Of a stretch of 64,000 nt of DNA, positions 12,971 to 25,460 are shown piece after piece. This DNA is from Eledone cirrhosa (Eukaryota): contig OZ024746.1 in NCBI GenBank assembly GCA_964016885.1, forward strand, positions 1,488,001 through 1,552,000, given 5' to 3'. The notes beneath the pieces were generated by a model. The model worked only from the letters and a program-made list of their open reading frames with translations, had not been told where the DNA came from and searched no databases. The position numbers were made by a program, and so were the translations under genes. The number at the start of each line of letters is the position of its first letter. Within the stretch, counting starts at the first letter, position 1.

Positions 12971-13452
12971 ACACGATAATATATATACACAATGATATAT
13001 ATATACACGATAATATATATACACAATGATATATACACGATAATATATATACACAATGATATATATATACACGATAATATATATACACAATGATATATAT
13101 ATACACGATAATATATATACACAATGATATATACACGATAATATATATACACAATGATATATATATACACGATAATATATATACACAATGATATATATAT
13201 ACACGATAATATATATACACAATGATATATACACGATAATATATATACACAATGATATATATATACACGATAATATATATACACAATGATATATACACGA
13301 TAATATATATACACAATGATATATATATACACGATAATATATATACACAATGATATATATATACACGATAATATATATACACAATGATATATATATACAC
13401 GATAATATATATACACAATGATATATATATACACGATAATATATATACACGA
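12971..13452. repeat. AT-rich minisatellite (acacgataatatatatacacaatgatatatatat)n
   Basis: About 14 units of 30-36 bp. Confidence 0.95.
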
Positions 13453-14719
13453 TCTTCCTGTGAGCTTATGTTGATAAATGTTGCCATTTTCATCTATTTC
13501 GTGTATACATGTTGTTGCAGATAGAAGTCTGTGTATGTGTGTATATGTATATATATGTATGTGTGTGTATATGTATGTATGTGTGTCTGCCTGCTTGGAA
13601 AGTTCTAATATTTTGGTAAACTGTCAGAAATTGTTTCACAACCAATTGCCTCTTTCCATCTCCCCAAAGACACTCTCTCTCTCTCTAATACAAACCACCA
13701 TCCACCCCTCTCTCTCTCTCTCTAATACAAACCACCACCCACCACCTCTCTCACCTGGCCCTAGTAACCTCCCTTTACATATCTCTTGGTCCCCCCCTCT
13801 CTCACATTACCTCCCATACTACTCACATGCTGATTATCTTTCCACCCCACCCCATCACACAAACTTCATCCATTCTTTTTCTTTTTTTTTCTTCTTCTTT
13901 TTATATTTTTCTTCTTTTTCTTTTTTCTTTCTTCTACTTATTTATTTCTACTTCTTGAGAAGATCGCGCGCGCGTGTGTGTGTGTGTGTGGGGGGAGTCC
14001 TCAAACACCCCTTCCATCAGATCCTGTCAGAAACAACCCTGTTTCCCCTCCATTCTTCATTCATAATTTATTTGGTGACTACTATCTTCTCCTCTTCTAG
14101 AGAACAACAAATGTTTCACCCCACTCCTTCTCCATCCCCACTAAATACACTGTAGTTTGTTGTTGTTTTGTAACAAACTTTTATGGATTAACTTTTTCTG
14201 ACATAAACCACCATTACCAGTTTCTTCAGATTCCAACTTCATTGCCATCTCAGACTTTGGCACTGTACAAGGCTTTCTTCCATATTGTCCATTCAAAGCA
14301 ATAAAGAAACAGAATTGTATGGGAATACTCTGATATTTTTTTAATTAGTGCTATAGTTTTGTTTAACAGCAAATGGTTAAAGTAGAAACTGTACAGAATA
14401 AAAACAGTTTGTTATCAGAAAGTGTTTTTAAAATCCCAATTATATTTAATGGAGGTGGTTGTTAGAATTACGGTACCTATCATATATCACATGTAATCTG
14501 ATTTGCTCAACTGATCTTATTAGTGAGACAAATATATAATTAAACTCAATGATTGTATGACGAGTTTAATGCATCAAATTAAAGTAAGAAATAGAATAAT
14601 AGCAAGACTGTTTAATTAACATCCAACAAATACAGAGTTGACCCATTAACTGTTCAATTTAATTATTGTAATTTAAAGTTCATTGGATCACACAAAAAAT
14701 AAAGAGTTGAAGTGAGGCA

Positions 14720-15130
14720 AGGCCACTGAGGGGAGTAAATAGAGAAGGTATTCTCTGGCTGAAGTGTGGTGAGTACAACTACATCTCTAACATGACCAAA
14801 GCCATATAAAAAGTGGTGGAGGTCAAACAGGGAGAGGTTCCTCCAACAGGAGTAGGGAGGGATTACATTGGATTAGCTGATTCCTGTGTGACAGGTGGCC
14901 TAGATCTCTGGGAAGGTACCTAAGCAATGGCAATGGGGAGTGATAATCCCAATTTTCAAAAAGGGAGACAAGAGAGATCTCCTCATTAAGCCTACCCCGT
15001 AAAATCTATGCTGAGTGTCTGGCAAAGAGATGTAGAGAGATTGTTGAGTCCAAGCTAGCTGCTGAACTGTGTGTTTTTGCCCCAGGCGCAGCACAGCCAA
15101 CCAAATATTCACACGACGGCAAGTCTTGGA
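14720..15130 (+). mobile_element. RTE LINE reverse-transcriptase relic
   Basis: Fragments translate to GKVPKQWQWGVIIPIFKKGDKR and RRSTANQIFTRRQVL (non-LTR RT N-terminal motifs), with frameshifts. Confidence 0.8.
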
Positions 15131-15369
15131 TCACAGAAGTATTGAAAGTGATACTGGATCAACCTTTAAACACCAAGTCGTTAAAGTTGAAGGTGAGGTT
15201 CTCCGTCAGTTTTTACGATGAATATTCAGTTGTTCAATCAAGTGCGCATACACTTCATCAATTAACATATAAGTGGTTGAGTATTCCGCAAACACTTGTA
15301 CACTACACTTAGTGTATAAGTGAATCAGCATGAATCAGCATGACACAAAATTATGACAAATCAAAACTA

Positions 15370-15500
15370 GTAGATCAGACAACTGTGTCACACTGAGACT
15401 AAATTGGTAGATCAGACAACTGTCACACTGTCAGGCTAGGCTGGTAGATCAGACAACTGTGTCACACTACCAGGCTAGACTAGTAGATCAGACAACTGTG
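15370..15500. repeat. Short tandem repeat (tagatcagacaactgtgtcacact...), ~4 units
   Basis: Directly visible. Confidence 0.8.
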
Positions 15501-15737
15501 TTTCTCTTCATATATTCCATTTTTGCAGGGTTTCTATGGTTGGATGCTCTTCCTAACACCAACCACTTCACGGTGGTCTGTTCCTTTTGGTTTTCATGAC
15601 ACCAGCACTACCACATTCTAGTGTGTACTTAATATACTTTATTGTGGCACCAGCTATACCATTTCAACATTAAGACACTTTGGCCATGTTATTAGGACAC
15701 ATGAATGTCCCCTCAATCTATCTTATTTCTCAGTCTT

Positions 15738-15773
15738 TCTTCTGCTGAAGGACTAGCGCCCGAAACGTTAAGA
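15738..15773 (+). ncRNA. Minimal hammerhead motif, Penelope-type (core variant CUGCUGA)
   Basis: tctt-CTGCTGA-aggac tagc gccc-GAAACGTT-aaga; homolog of 33444-33480. Confidence 0.6.
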
Positions 15774-15854
15774 CCCTCTTCCTGCTATATCAAGCGTTAA
15801 CCTAATATATCCTTTCCATATACTGTACCAATTGTGTTATTTCTGTTTACCTTT

Positions 15855-15910
<56 letters not shown>

Positions 15911-15915
<5 letters not shown>

Positions 15916-16625
15916 ATAATAATTGTTTCTACTTTTGGCACAAGGCCAGCAATTACCCAGCTGCTTCCTCTGTTTACGAAGAAGGGTTTCTCCCTGCGTA
16001 CGAAAGGCCGGTTGTATGATGCCTGTGTGAGGAGCGCGATGCTGCATGGTAGTGAGACATGGGCAGTAACTGCAGAGGATATGCGACGGCTGGAGAGAAA
16101 TGAGGCAAGCATGCTCCGTTGGATGTGCAGTGTAAATGTGCGTGAACGACCCAGCATGAATGTGTTGAGAGAGAGACTGTGTCTGAGAGGGATAGAATGT
16201 AGTGTACGGGAGAGGAGACTGAGGTGGTATGGACATGTGATGCGCATGGAGGATGACCGATGGGTGAAGAAGTGCCAGGAAATGCCAGTTGAAGGAAGAC
16301 GTGGTAGAGGTAGACCACGAAAAACATGGGCGGAGGTGGTGAGAACAGACCTCAGATCATTAAAGCTCAAGGTGGAGATGACGAAGGACCGTGACGAGTG
16401 GAGAGATGCTGTGCTGAATAAGACCCGTCCCACCCTTGCAAGCAGGGAAGAGCGGACATAAAATGATGATGATTACTGGTACTTATTTTATCCCGTAAGG
16501 ATGAAAGGCAAAGTTAACCTCGGCGGGATTTGAACTCAGATCATAAAGGGAGGTAACTCTATGCTTCAAAGCATGGCGTCCGACCCTCTACCGATACTGC
16601 CAATCCAATAATAGTAATAATAATA
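15911..16625 (-). mobile_element. SINE-A interrupted by an RTE insertion
   Basis: The SINE sequence gcaattacccag|...|attactggtac is split by 15961-16473. Confidence 0.85.
15961..16473 (+). mobile_element. Young 5'-truncated RTE LINE 3' end
   Basis: Open frame LLPLFTKKGFSLRTKGRLYDACVRSAMLHGSETW...RRLRWYGHVMRM...GRGRPRKTW...DRDEWR, with an (atg)n tail. Confidence 0.92.
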
Positions 16626-16779
16626 AATTTGAAGACTAAAATCCAAAGAGGGCTCGATAAGGATAAATATATATCAAATATATAAGAACCGTAGAGCAAA
16701 TATTTATAAATATATATATATATATATATATACAATTGATATTAAATAAATGGAAACTATATTTATAAAACCATATTTA

Positions 16780-16836
16780 TTCTATTATATATATTTCAAG
16801 GGTACCAAAATCTTGGTACGCTATCATCAGATAAAA
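16780..16836 (-). ncRNA. Hammerhead ribozyme motif (type I, palindromic stem III)
   Basis: Reverse strand: ttttat-CTGATGA-tagc gtacca agattt tggtac cctt-GAA ATATATAT A-atagaa. Confidence 0.6.
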
Positions 16837-16997
16837 TACAAAATGTTTTATAAATATTTGACATGACCAAGGATAATATACCTTAACGGTTCAAGTTATC
16901 CCTGGAAAGTGAAGGAAAGAGAGGAGAAAAGACAGATATTTGAAATTATTAATATGATTATCATCATCGTTTAACGTCCATTTTCCATGCTACCATG

Positions 16998-17035
<38 letters not shown>

Positions 17036-17038
<3 letters not shown>

Positions 17039-18326
17039 GGTGGGGCATAAAAACTGTTACAAAATAAAATGCAAATAGTTCTTGAAAAAAACATTTATTT
17101 CAAGATCTGACTTCAACAAATAGTAAGTAATATACTATTAAACAACTGCACAAAAATTTATTCGAAATGCTTTCCTCTAGCTCTCACTACTGCTCGAAGA
17201 CTTGTAGGAAAGTCTTCGATGGCTGCACGAACAGTTTCCATGGGTATTTTCTCCCATACTTTATTCAGTTTTGATTTTAGAGTTTCAATATTTTGGCTAG
17301 GAGTAGAGCAGGCTTCACTCTCAAGAACTGACCATAAAGAAAAATCGAGAGGGTTGAGATCTGGTGATGTCGGAGGCCACTCTTCCTTACTGATCCATGC
17401 AGGACAATGGTCTCTACACCACTGTTGTGTTACGCGAGCAGTGTGGCTCGTCGCTCCTCTTGTTGGAGAGTCCAAATGTCATCGCCTTAAACAGATGTGC
17501 ACCATGGCATCAGTGCTCCTTCCAAAATATCCTTTATGCAAAGTTCTTTGTTAATTTTAACTCCTTGAGACACAAAAATCAGAGGAGACTTCCCTCTTTC
17601 AGAAATGGCTGCCCAAGCCATCACTGATACTGGTTTCCCTGTTCTGAACACTTTTCCTACACTTGAAGGAATTGATTTGAGACTTTTTGCAAGTACTCGA
17701 TCATTTTGATGATTGTGAGACTGCTGCACAGTGAATAACTTCTCATCTGTAAAGGTCATGTTTTGCAGCATGCCATCCTTGATACGGTCCAATAACAGTT
17801 TACTTCTCGAGAGCCTATTTTCAATTGTGGCTGCAGAAAGAAGCTGCCTCTTTTGGAACTTATAGGGTGACATCCCCAGATCATCTCGACATATCCTCCG
17901 TATAGTTCTCGGCGATGTTTCTGCTTCTTCTGCCATTTTTCTTGGATTACGCCTTATTTTTTCCCTCACACTTTTAACAAGTTTTGGTGTTCTTGAAGTG
18001 CGAGGGCGTCTGGATTGAGGTCTGTCTTTGGGTGTGGAAGTGTCCTTAAATCGATTAATTGTCCTTTTGATCAACATTCTATTGATCTTAAGAATTTTCC
18101 CCAGTTTAAATATCTTGGGTGGAGTCAGGCCTTTTTCATGCTTCTCTATAATGAACTTTCTTTTCAATTCTATGGACATTGCAAATTATTAATGGAGTAA
18201 TGTTCTGAAAAATAGTTAATATGGTTATAGTGCATGGATTTGATACAAATATATTAGTTATATTAGCAACATAATGTATTTTTAAATTGATTTAAAACTT
18301 TGTAACAGGAATTATGCCCCACCCTG
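17036..18326 (-). mobile_element. Full-length Tc1/mariner transposon, DD37D (maT) family
   Basis: TIRs CAGGGTGGGGCATAA...ctgttacaaa / tttgtaacag...TTATGCCCCACCCTG with TA flanks; ~1.29 kb. Confidence 0.95.
17158..18179 (-). pseudogene. DD37D transposase, disrupted
   Basis: Motifs FTDEK, QQ[D]GA (1-nt deletion in the Asp codon) and WPPTSPDLNPLD, with 37 aa between D2 and D3; premature TAA at 17487. Confidence 0.92.
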
Positions 18327-18509
18327 TATATAGTCCATAAGTCAGAGCTTTCACCTCACAAACACTAAGTGCTTTTATTTTTTATCTCCAATATTTCTTT
18401 AAAAGGACAACAATGAAGTGTTAGAAGAAGTCTGATATGAAATGTCTTTTTGTTTCCTATATGATGTGTGAGCATGTGTGTGTATATATCTGTTTATATA
18501 TGTGTGTGT

Positions 18510-18640
18510 GACTCCGTAACTCTCGAGGGAGTCATCGGGGCGATATATTGACATATGGCATTTCTAGGGCATTTTAAAACCTGGCAGAGCTCCTCTCCAG
18601 GCCTCAATACAACAGGTTTCTTCCAGAGAAAGTGAGAAAA
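18510..18640 (-). mobile_element. Extended SINE tail fragment
   Basis: ccgtaactctcgagggagtc...tttctagggcattttaaaacctgg is homologous to 49985-50230. Confidence 0.6.
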
Positions 18641-18819
18641 ACAAATCAATATTTTTTTCTAGGTTTTATATGAGAATCATGTTTAGTTACTTAGTAATGA
18701 AATAATAATTTTGGTAAATCCCTCAAATTCTTCATTAATTGAAATAGAATAGATTTCATTAGAAATATATTCACAAAAGGGTTAAACACCACACCAAATT
18801 TTGTTGAAATAATGTAGTG

Positions 18820-19567
18820 TGATGCTGCATTGTAGTGGAACATGGGCTGTGACTGCAGAAGAGATGTGGTGCTACATGGTAGTGAAACATGGGCTGTGAC
18901 TACAGAGGATATATGATGCTACATGGTAGTGAAACATGGGCTGTGACTGCAGAGGATATGTGTTGCTACATGGTAGTGAAACATGGGCTGTGACTGCAGA
19001 GGATATGTGGTACTACATGGTAGTGAAACATGGGCTGTGACTGCAGAGGATATGTGGTGCTACATAGTAGTGAAACATGGGCTGTGACTACAGAGGACAT
19101 GTGGTGCTACATGGTAGTGAAACATGGGCTGTGACTGCAGAGGATATGTGGTGCTACATAGTAGTGAAACATGGGCTGTGACTACAGAGGACATGTGGTG
19201 GTTGGAGGGAAATAAAGCAACCATGGTTTGTTGGATGTGGAATGTAAATGTGAGAGAAAGGTAGAGCTTGGATGAACTGAAGGAGAAACTGGGTTTAAAA
19301 GGAATCCGAGGTGGTGTCCATTGGTATGGCCATGTGATGTGCATGGATAACGATTGATGGGTGCAGAAGTACCAGGAAATCTCAGTGGAAGGAAACTTCA
19401 GTAGAGGTTGACCAAGAAAGACCTGAGCAGAGGTGGTGAGAGCTGCTCTCAAATCACTGAGATTCACAGAGATGACAAAGAAACGTGGCAAGTGGAGAGA
19501 TGTTGTCCTGAGAAAGACCTGTCCAACCCATGCAAGTGTGGAAGAATGGGTGTAAAAACAATGATGT
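18820..19567 (+). mobile_element. Old RTE 3' relic with an internal 47-bp tandem array (~8 units, 18820-19200)
   Basis: Unit atggtagtgaaacatgggctgtgactgcagaggatatgtggtgctac corresponds to the LHGSETWAVTAED segment; downstream sequence matches the RTE 3' end. Confidence 0.88.
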
Positions 19568-19916
19568 TTGTGGATGTTAATTGTATTTATTTGACATCAG
19601 ATAATAGATTAGTTCTTCAGATAATAGATCATCATCATCGTTTAACATCCATCTTCCATGCTAGCTTGGGTTGGACGGTTCTTCAGATTCTACCATCTGC
19701 AGGGATTTACACCTTTGTGAGAGCACATCATCTCTGAACAGGCATAACACCATCTGTGGAAGCTGATCTTTAATTTTTTTACCAACTTTACCATTCCAGT
19801 TCTGGTTCTATGAAACAAAACTACTTCTGTGGTTCATGATAAAATGATGGTTGTTCATCTGTTTAAACTCTGATGTTTGTGGATGTTTACACTTACAGAA
19901 GTGTAAACATACAGAA

Positions 19917-20131
19917 GGTTTAGCTGATACCAACCTGACCAATCCTGGCTCAGCTTCTATGAAACAAAGCCACATATTTTAAAGAGTTCTTATTTAAATT
20001 AAAATCTTCCAACATGATTTTATATGAGAGATATATGTTAAGTTACTGTTTTTGAAATGGAAATTTTCATATATTACTTAATTGAAATAGTGTCCAGTAT
20101 TTCATTAGAAATATGGCCACGAAAGGGTTAA
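19917..20131 (+). mobile_element. TTAA MITE (piggyBac-type), decayed left end
   Basis: Ends ttcattagaaatatggccacgaaagggTTAA; homologous to 34537-34704. Confidence 0.7.
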
Positions 20132-20507
20132 ACTCCCCAACCAGCTAACCAACCATAGTCTGGTACCAGGTGCAACAGGGAGAGGGAGCTAGACTGGCTT
20201 GCCTGAACATAATGAAGGGAATAAACTTGTGTTAATAAGTTGTAATTGTTAGGTATGTTCTTTGTCGCTCATTAATTGCTTGTCTCATTACCTCTTGACA
20301 CCAACTTGTCAAGTATTACACACTGATCCTAATACCACAGATCAACTTGATAAGCTGGCTCAAGGTCACACCATTTGTTGCTTATATTTGTATTTTATTC
20401 CTTTTTTTACTTGTTTCACTCAGTAGACTGTGGCCATGCTGGGGCACTGCCTTGATTTAGTCAATCATATCGACCTCCTCCTCCCCTGCCTCTCAACATA
20501 AACATAT

Positions 20508-20730
20508 ATCATCATCATCATCATTTACATCCGTTCTTTCACGCTAGCATGGGTTAGACAGGTTGTTCTGTTGTGGGCAGTAGCCAGTCAGCTGACCTTG
20601 TCTTGCTCATACGGGAACTGATTCTGGCTTGATTTCTACAGCTGGATGCCCTTCCTAACACCAACCTCATTTACAGTGAGTGGTGGGTGCTTTGTTGCGG
20701 TGGGACCTCCACGACCACTTTACAGTGGAA
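20508..20730 (-). mobile_element. SINE-B
   Basis: (cat)n tail, gctagcatgggttagac and ggatgcccttcctaacaccaacc (V-domain-like). Confidence 0.75.
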
Positions 20731-20769
20731 TGATAGGGACCCCAGTCCTATCATCTCATTTCTACAGCT

Positions 20770-20897
20770 GAGTAAACTGGAGCAATGTGAAATAAAGTGT
20801 CTTGCTCAAGGAAACAACACATCACCCGGTCTGAGAATTAAACTCATAACCTTTCGATTGCAAGGCCAATGCTCTAACCACTAAGCCATGTGCCTCC
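20770..20897 (-). mobile_element. tRNA-derived SINE head
   Basis: Reverse strand: ggaggcacatggcttagtggttagagcattggcc...ttgagcaagacacttt. Confidence 0.7.
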
Positions 20898-21203
20898 ATG
20901 TATATATACACTATATATATACATTATATATACACTCTATATATGCACTATATATACACTATATATATGCACTATATATACACTATATATACACTATATA
21001 TACACATTATATATACACATTATATATACACTATATATACACTCTATATATACACTAGATATGATGTTCCAAGGGAAAGGCAATGGCTGATACAGCTTGG
21101 TAACTGTCATACTATAAACCTATACTAAAAAGTCGTGATATAGTTCAGATATATATTATTCTTTCAACTTCAGTGATTAGTCTCTCACCTCTTTATACGC
21201 CAC

Positions 21204-22109
21204 ACCTGTTTTATTTTAAACGACTATTGTGGGATATTTCTTACCTGTTTTATTTTAAACGACTATTGTGGGATATTTCTTACCTGTTTTATTTTAAACG
21301 ACTATTGTGGGATATTTCTTACCTGTTTTATTTTAAACGACTATTGTGGGATATTTCTTACCTGTTTTATTTTAAACGACTATTGTGGGATATTTCTTAC
21401 CTGTTTTATTTTAAACGACTATTGTGGGATATTTCTTACCTGTTTTATTTTAAACGACTATTGTGGGATATTTCTTACCTGTTTTATTTTAAACGACTAT
21501 TGTGGGATATTTCTTACCTGTTTTATTTTAAACGACTATTGTGGGATATTTCTTACCTGTTTTATTTTAAACGACTATTGTGGGATATTTCTTACCTGTT
21601 TTATTTTAAACGACTATTGTGGGATATTTCTTACCTGTTTTATTTTAAACGACTATTGTGGGATATTTCTTACCTGTTTTATTTTAAACGACTATTGTGG
21701 GATATTTCTTACCTGTTTTATTTTAAACGACTATTGTGGGATATTTCTTACCTGTTTTATTTTAAACGACTATTGTGGGATATTTCTTACCTGTTTTATT
21801 TTAAACGACTATTGTGGGATATTTCTTACCTGTTTTATTTTAAACGACTATTGTGGGATATTTCTTACCTGTTTTATTTTAAACGACTATTGTGGGATAT
21901 TTCTTACCTGTTTTATTTTAAACGACTATTGTGGGATATTTCTTACCTGTTTTATTTTAAACGACTATTGTGGGATATTTCTTACCTGTTTTATTTTAAA
22001 CGACTATTGTGGGATATTTCTTACCTGTTTTATTTTAAACGACTATTGTGGGATATTTCTTACCTGTTTTATTTTAAACGACTATTGTGGGATATTTCTT
22101 ACCTGTTTT
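21204..22109. repeat. Perfect 39-bp minisatellite, ~23 copies
   Basis: Unit acctgttttattttaaacgactattgtgggatatttctt; no variants seen. Confidence 0.98.
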
Positions 22110-22167
22110 TTCTCTTTTTCTTTTCTATTTTTTTTATTAACTTCAAAGCTGAATTAATTATCGAGTT

Positions 22168-22780
22168 GTGTATCTTAGTTGCTACCCCCCAGTGGTGTAT
22201 GTTAGTTGCTACCCCCCAGTGGTGTATCTTAGTTGCTACCCCCCAGTTGTGTATCTTAGTTGCTACCCCCCAGTTGTGTATCTTAGTTGCTACCCCCCAG
22301 TGGTGTATGTTAGTTGCTACCCCCCAGTGGTGTATCTTAGTTGCTACCCCCCAGTGGTGTATCTTAGTTGCTACCCCCCAGTGGTGTATGTTAGTTGCTA
22401 CCCCCCCAGTGGTGTATGTTAGTTGCTACCCCCCAGTGGTGTATGTTAGTTGCTACCCCCCAGTGGTGTGTTAGTTGCTACCCCCCAGTGGTGTATGTTA
22501 GTTGCTACCCCCCAGTGGTGTATGTTAGTTGCTACCCCCAGTGGTGTATGTTAGTTGCTACCCCCCAGTGGTGAATGTTAGTTGCTACCCCCCAGTGGTG
22601 TATGTTAGTTGCTACCCCCCAGTGGTGTATCTTAGTTGCTACCCCCCAGTGGTGTATCTTAGTTGCTACCCCCCCCCCCCCCCCCCTGTGGTATCTGTTA
22701 GTTGCTACCCCACCACCACCAGTGGTGTATATTAATTGCTACCCCCCCCCCCCCCCCAGTGGTGTGTGTTAGTTGCTACT
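22168..22780. repeat. 27-bp minisatellite, ~22 copies
   Basis: Unit tgtatcttagttgctaccccccagtgg. Confidence 0.97.
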
Positions 22781-22844
22781 CACCCTCTCCCTCTGTATCG
22801 TAATGTCAATAGTTAAGTTCTGTTGAATAAAATTGTTTAAAACC

Positions 22845-23043
22845 GAACAGTTTCTGATTTAGGCCAAGAATTTTTGGGGAAGGGGAAGTCAATTAAATCA
22901 ACCCCAGTACATTACTGGTACTTTATCGACCCTGTAAGGATGAAAGGTAAAGCTAACCTCACCGGGATTTGAACTCAGAACGTAAAAGGGAGTAACTCCA
23001 TACCATGAAGTATGTTCTTCGACACTCTACTGATTACTGCCAG
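22845..23043 (-). mobile_element. SINE-A
   Basis: Core and B-box on the reverse strand. Confidence 0.8.
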
Positions 23044-23176
23044 TATATAATGCCCAGCAATTTAGAGGACAAGGTAGAGTTGATTATATGAGCCCCAGTG
23101 TTTTAGGTACCACCTCCCCTCCTGGGGCATGAAAGTAAACGAGGTTGATGGTGAGTTTAGTTTTATTACAGATATA

Positions 23177-23656
23177 ACGAAGAAGGGTTTCTCCCTGCGT
23201 ACGAAAGGCCGGTTGTATGATGCCTGTGTGAGGAGCGCGATGCTGCATGGTAGTGAGACATGGGCAGCAACCGCAGAGGATATGCGACGGCTGGAGAGAA
23301 ATGAGGCAAGCATGCTCCGTTGGATGTGCAGTGTAAATGTGCGTGAACGACCCAGCATAAATGTGTTGAGAGAGAGACTGTGTCTGAGAAGGATAGAATG
23401 TAGTGTACGGGAGAGGAGACTGAGGTGGTATGGACATGTTATGCGCATGGAGGATGACCGATGGGTGAAGAAGTGCCAGGAATTGCCAGTTGAAGGAAGA
23501 CGTGGTAGAGGTAGACCACGTAAAACATGGGCGGAGGTGGTGAGAACAGACCTCAGATCATTGAAGCTCACGGTGGAGGTGGAGAGATGCTGTGCTGAAT
23601 AAGACCCGTCCCACCCTTGCAAGCAGGGAAGAGCGGACGTAAAATGATGATGATGA
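23177..23656 (+). mobile_element. Young RTE 3' end, near-identical to 15961-16473
   Basis: Same sequence with few substitutions and a small deletion near the 3' end. Confidence 0.92.
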
Positions 23657-23928
23657 CAATTCTCACATTCCAGTTTACCGAATAAATATACATACACACG
23701 TATATACACATACATGCGTATACATTCATATACACACATACATATATATACATATATATACATACATATATATACATATATATATGTACACACATATATA
23801 TACATATATATATATACATACATGGTGGCTGCCAACTCGTTTTCAAGTATGGCCACTACTTTATATCCATGTAGGAGAACCCCTACCGATGCGCTGAATG
23901 AGTGTGACTTTCCAGTCCAGCCAGCGAC

Positions 23929-24215
23929 TTGAAAACTCTGGTACAAACACTACACTTGTGACAATTATTGACACATAGTGCTGGGCCCATGGTAACATGT
24001 GACGACAAGTGCAGAGAGATCTCCAGATATAACGCAATGCCTGTGCCGTGAAGCTTTTATAGTGAGCAGTGCTTTTGCTCACTATAAAAGCTTCACGGCA
24101 CAGGCATTGCGTTATATCTGGAGATCTCTCTGCACTTGTCGTCACATGGTACCATGGGCCCAGCACTATGTGTCAATAATTGTCACAGGTGTAGTGTTTG
24201 TACCAGAGTTTTCAA
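23929..24215. repeat. Near-perfect inverted repeat: 140-bp arms, 7-bp spacer
   Basis: 23929-24068 versus 24076-24215 with two mismatches; spacer gtgcttt. Confidence 0.95.
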
Positions 24216-24384
24216 AGCCAGTCCCACTCTCTTAACCAAGATGATATTTACCATTAGGGATACCATCAGGGTTGCAGGTGTTATATCAGAGTTTCCCTTC
24301 TCCTAGAATTCTGCCTTGACAAAGGCTAAGGGGTCATCTCTCCCGGTGATTTTGGATGGCCATTGACTCTTAAGAGCTCCTTTA

Positions 24385-25041
24385 CATATATATGTACACA
24401 CATATACATACATATATATATATATATATATACATATACACACGTATACATACATATACACACATATACACACATATACACACATATACATACACACATA
24501 TACACACATATACACACATACATATACACACATATACACACATATACATACATATATATACATATATATACATACATATACACACATATACATACATATA
24601 TATACATACATATACATACATATACATACATATACACATATACATACATATATATACATACATATACACATATATACATACATATACATACATATATACA
24701 TACATATACATACATATATATACATATATATATACACACACGTGCATACATATACATACATATATATATACACATATGCACGCATATACATACATATATA
24801 TACACACATATACATACACATTCATAAACATACATCAATACATAAATATACACTTACATATACAACCCATACTAGCATGGAAGATATACGTTAAATGATG
24901 ACACATGCATATATACTCATACATTATATACACACACACATACATGTATATACACACATATATATTACATACACACACATACATGTATACACACACACAT
25001 ATATTACATACACACATATATTACATACACACACACATATA
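24385..25041. repeat. (TA/CA)n compound microsatellite
   Basis: Directly visible; contains a short RTE/SINE-B tail at ~24865-24900. Confidence 0.9.
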
Positions 25042-25332
25042 CAAGAAAGAAATTCTATATCCTGTTTGTGTTAGTCTTCCTTCATTATCATCATTGCCAG
25101 TTGTTGTTACTGTTGTTGTTGTAGTTACTGTTGTTGTTGTTGTTACTGTTGTTACTGTTGTTACTGTTGTTGTTGTTACTGTTGTTGTTAACAATGTCTT
25201 CACTGTTGACCAATTTCAGGTGTGGCCTATTTCTATAAAACATTAAAGGAAGGTCTAATTCAGGGGAACATAATGACACATGTCATAAGAAGTTAGGAAA
25301 AGTTAATTTTTCTGTTCTTAATCAACAAACGG

Positions 25333-25460
25333 TGCCCCAGTATGGCCCCAGTGTGGCCGTAGCATGGCCCCAGTATGGCCCCAGTGTGACCGTAGCACGG
25401 CCCCAGTGTGACCGTAGCACGGCCCCAGTGTGACCATAGCACGGCCCCAGTATGGCCCTA
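25333..25460. repeat. 22-bp/10-bp tandem repeat (ggccccagtgtgaccgtagcac)
   Basis: Directly visible. Confidence 0.85.

Noticed and set aside
21173-22474. 433-aa ORF
   Set aside because: It reads through two adjacent minisatellites.
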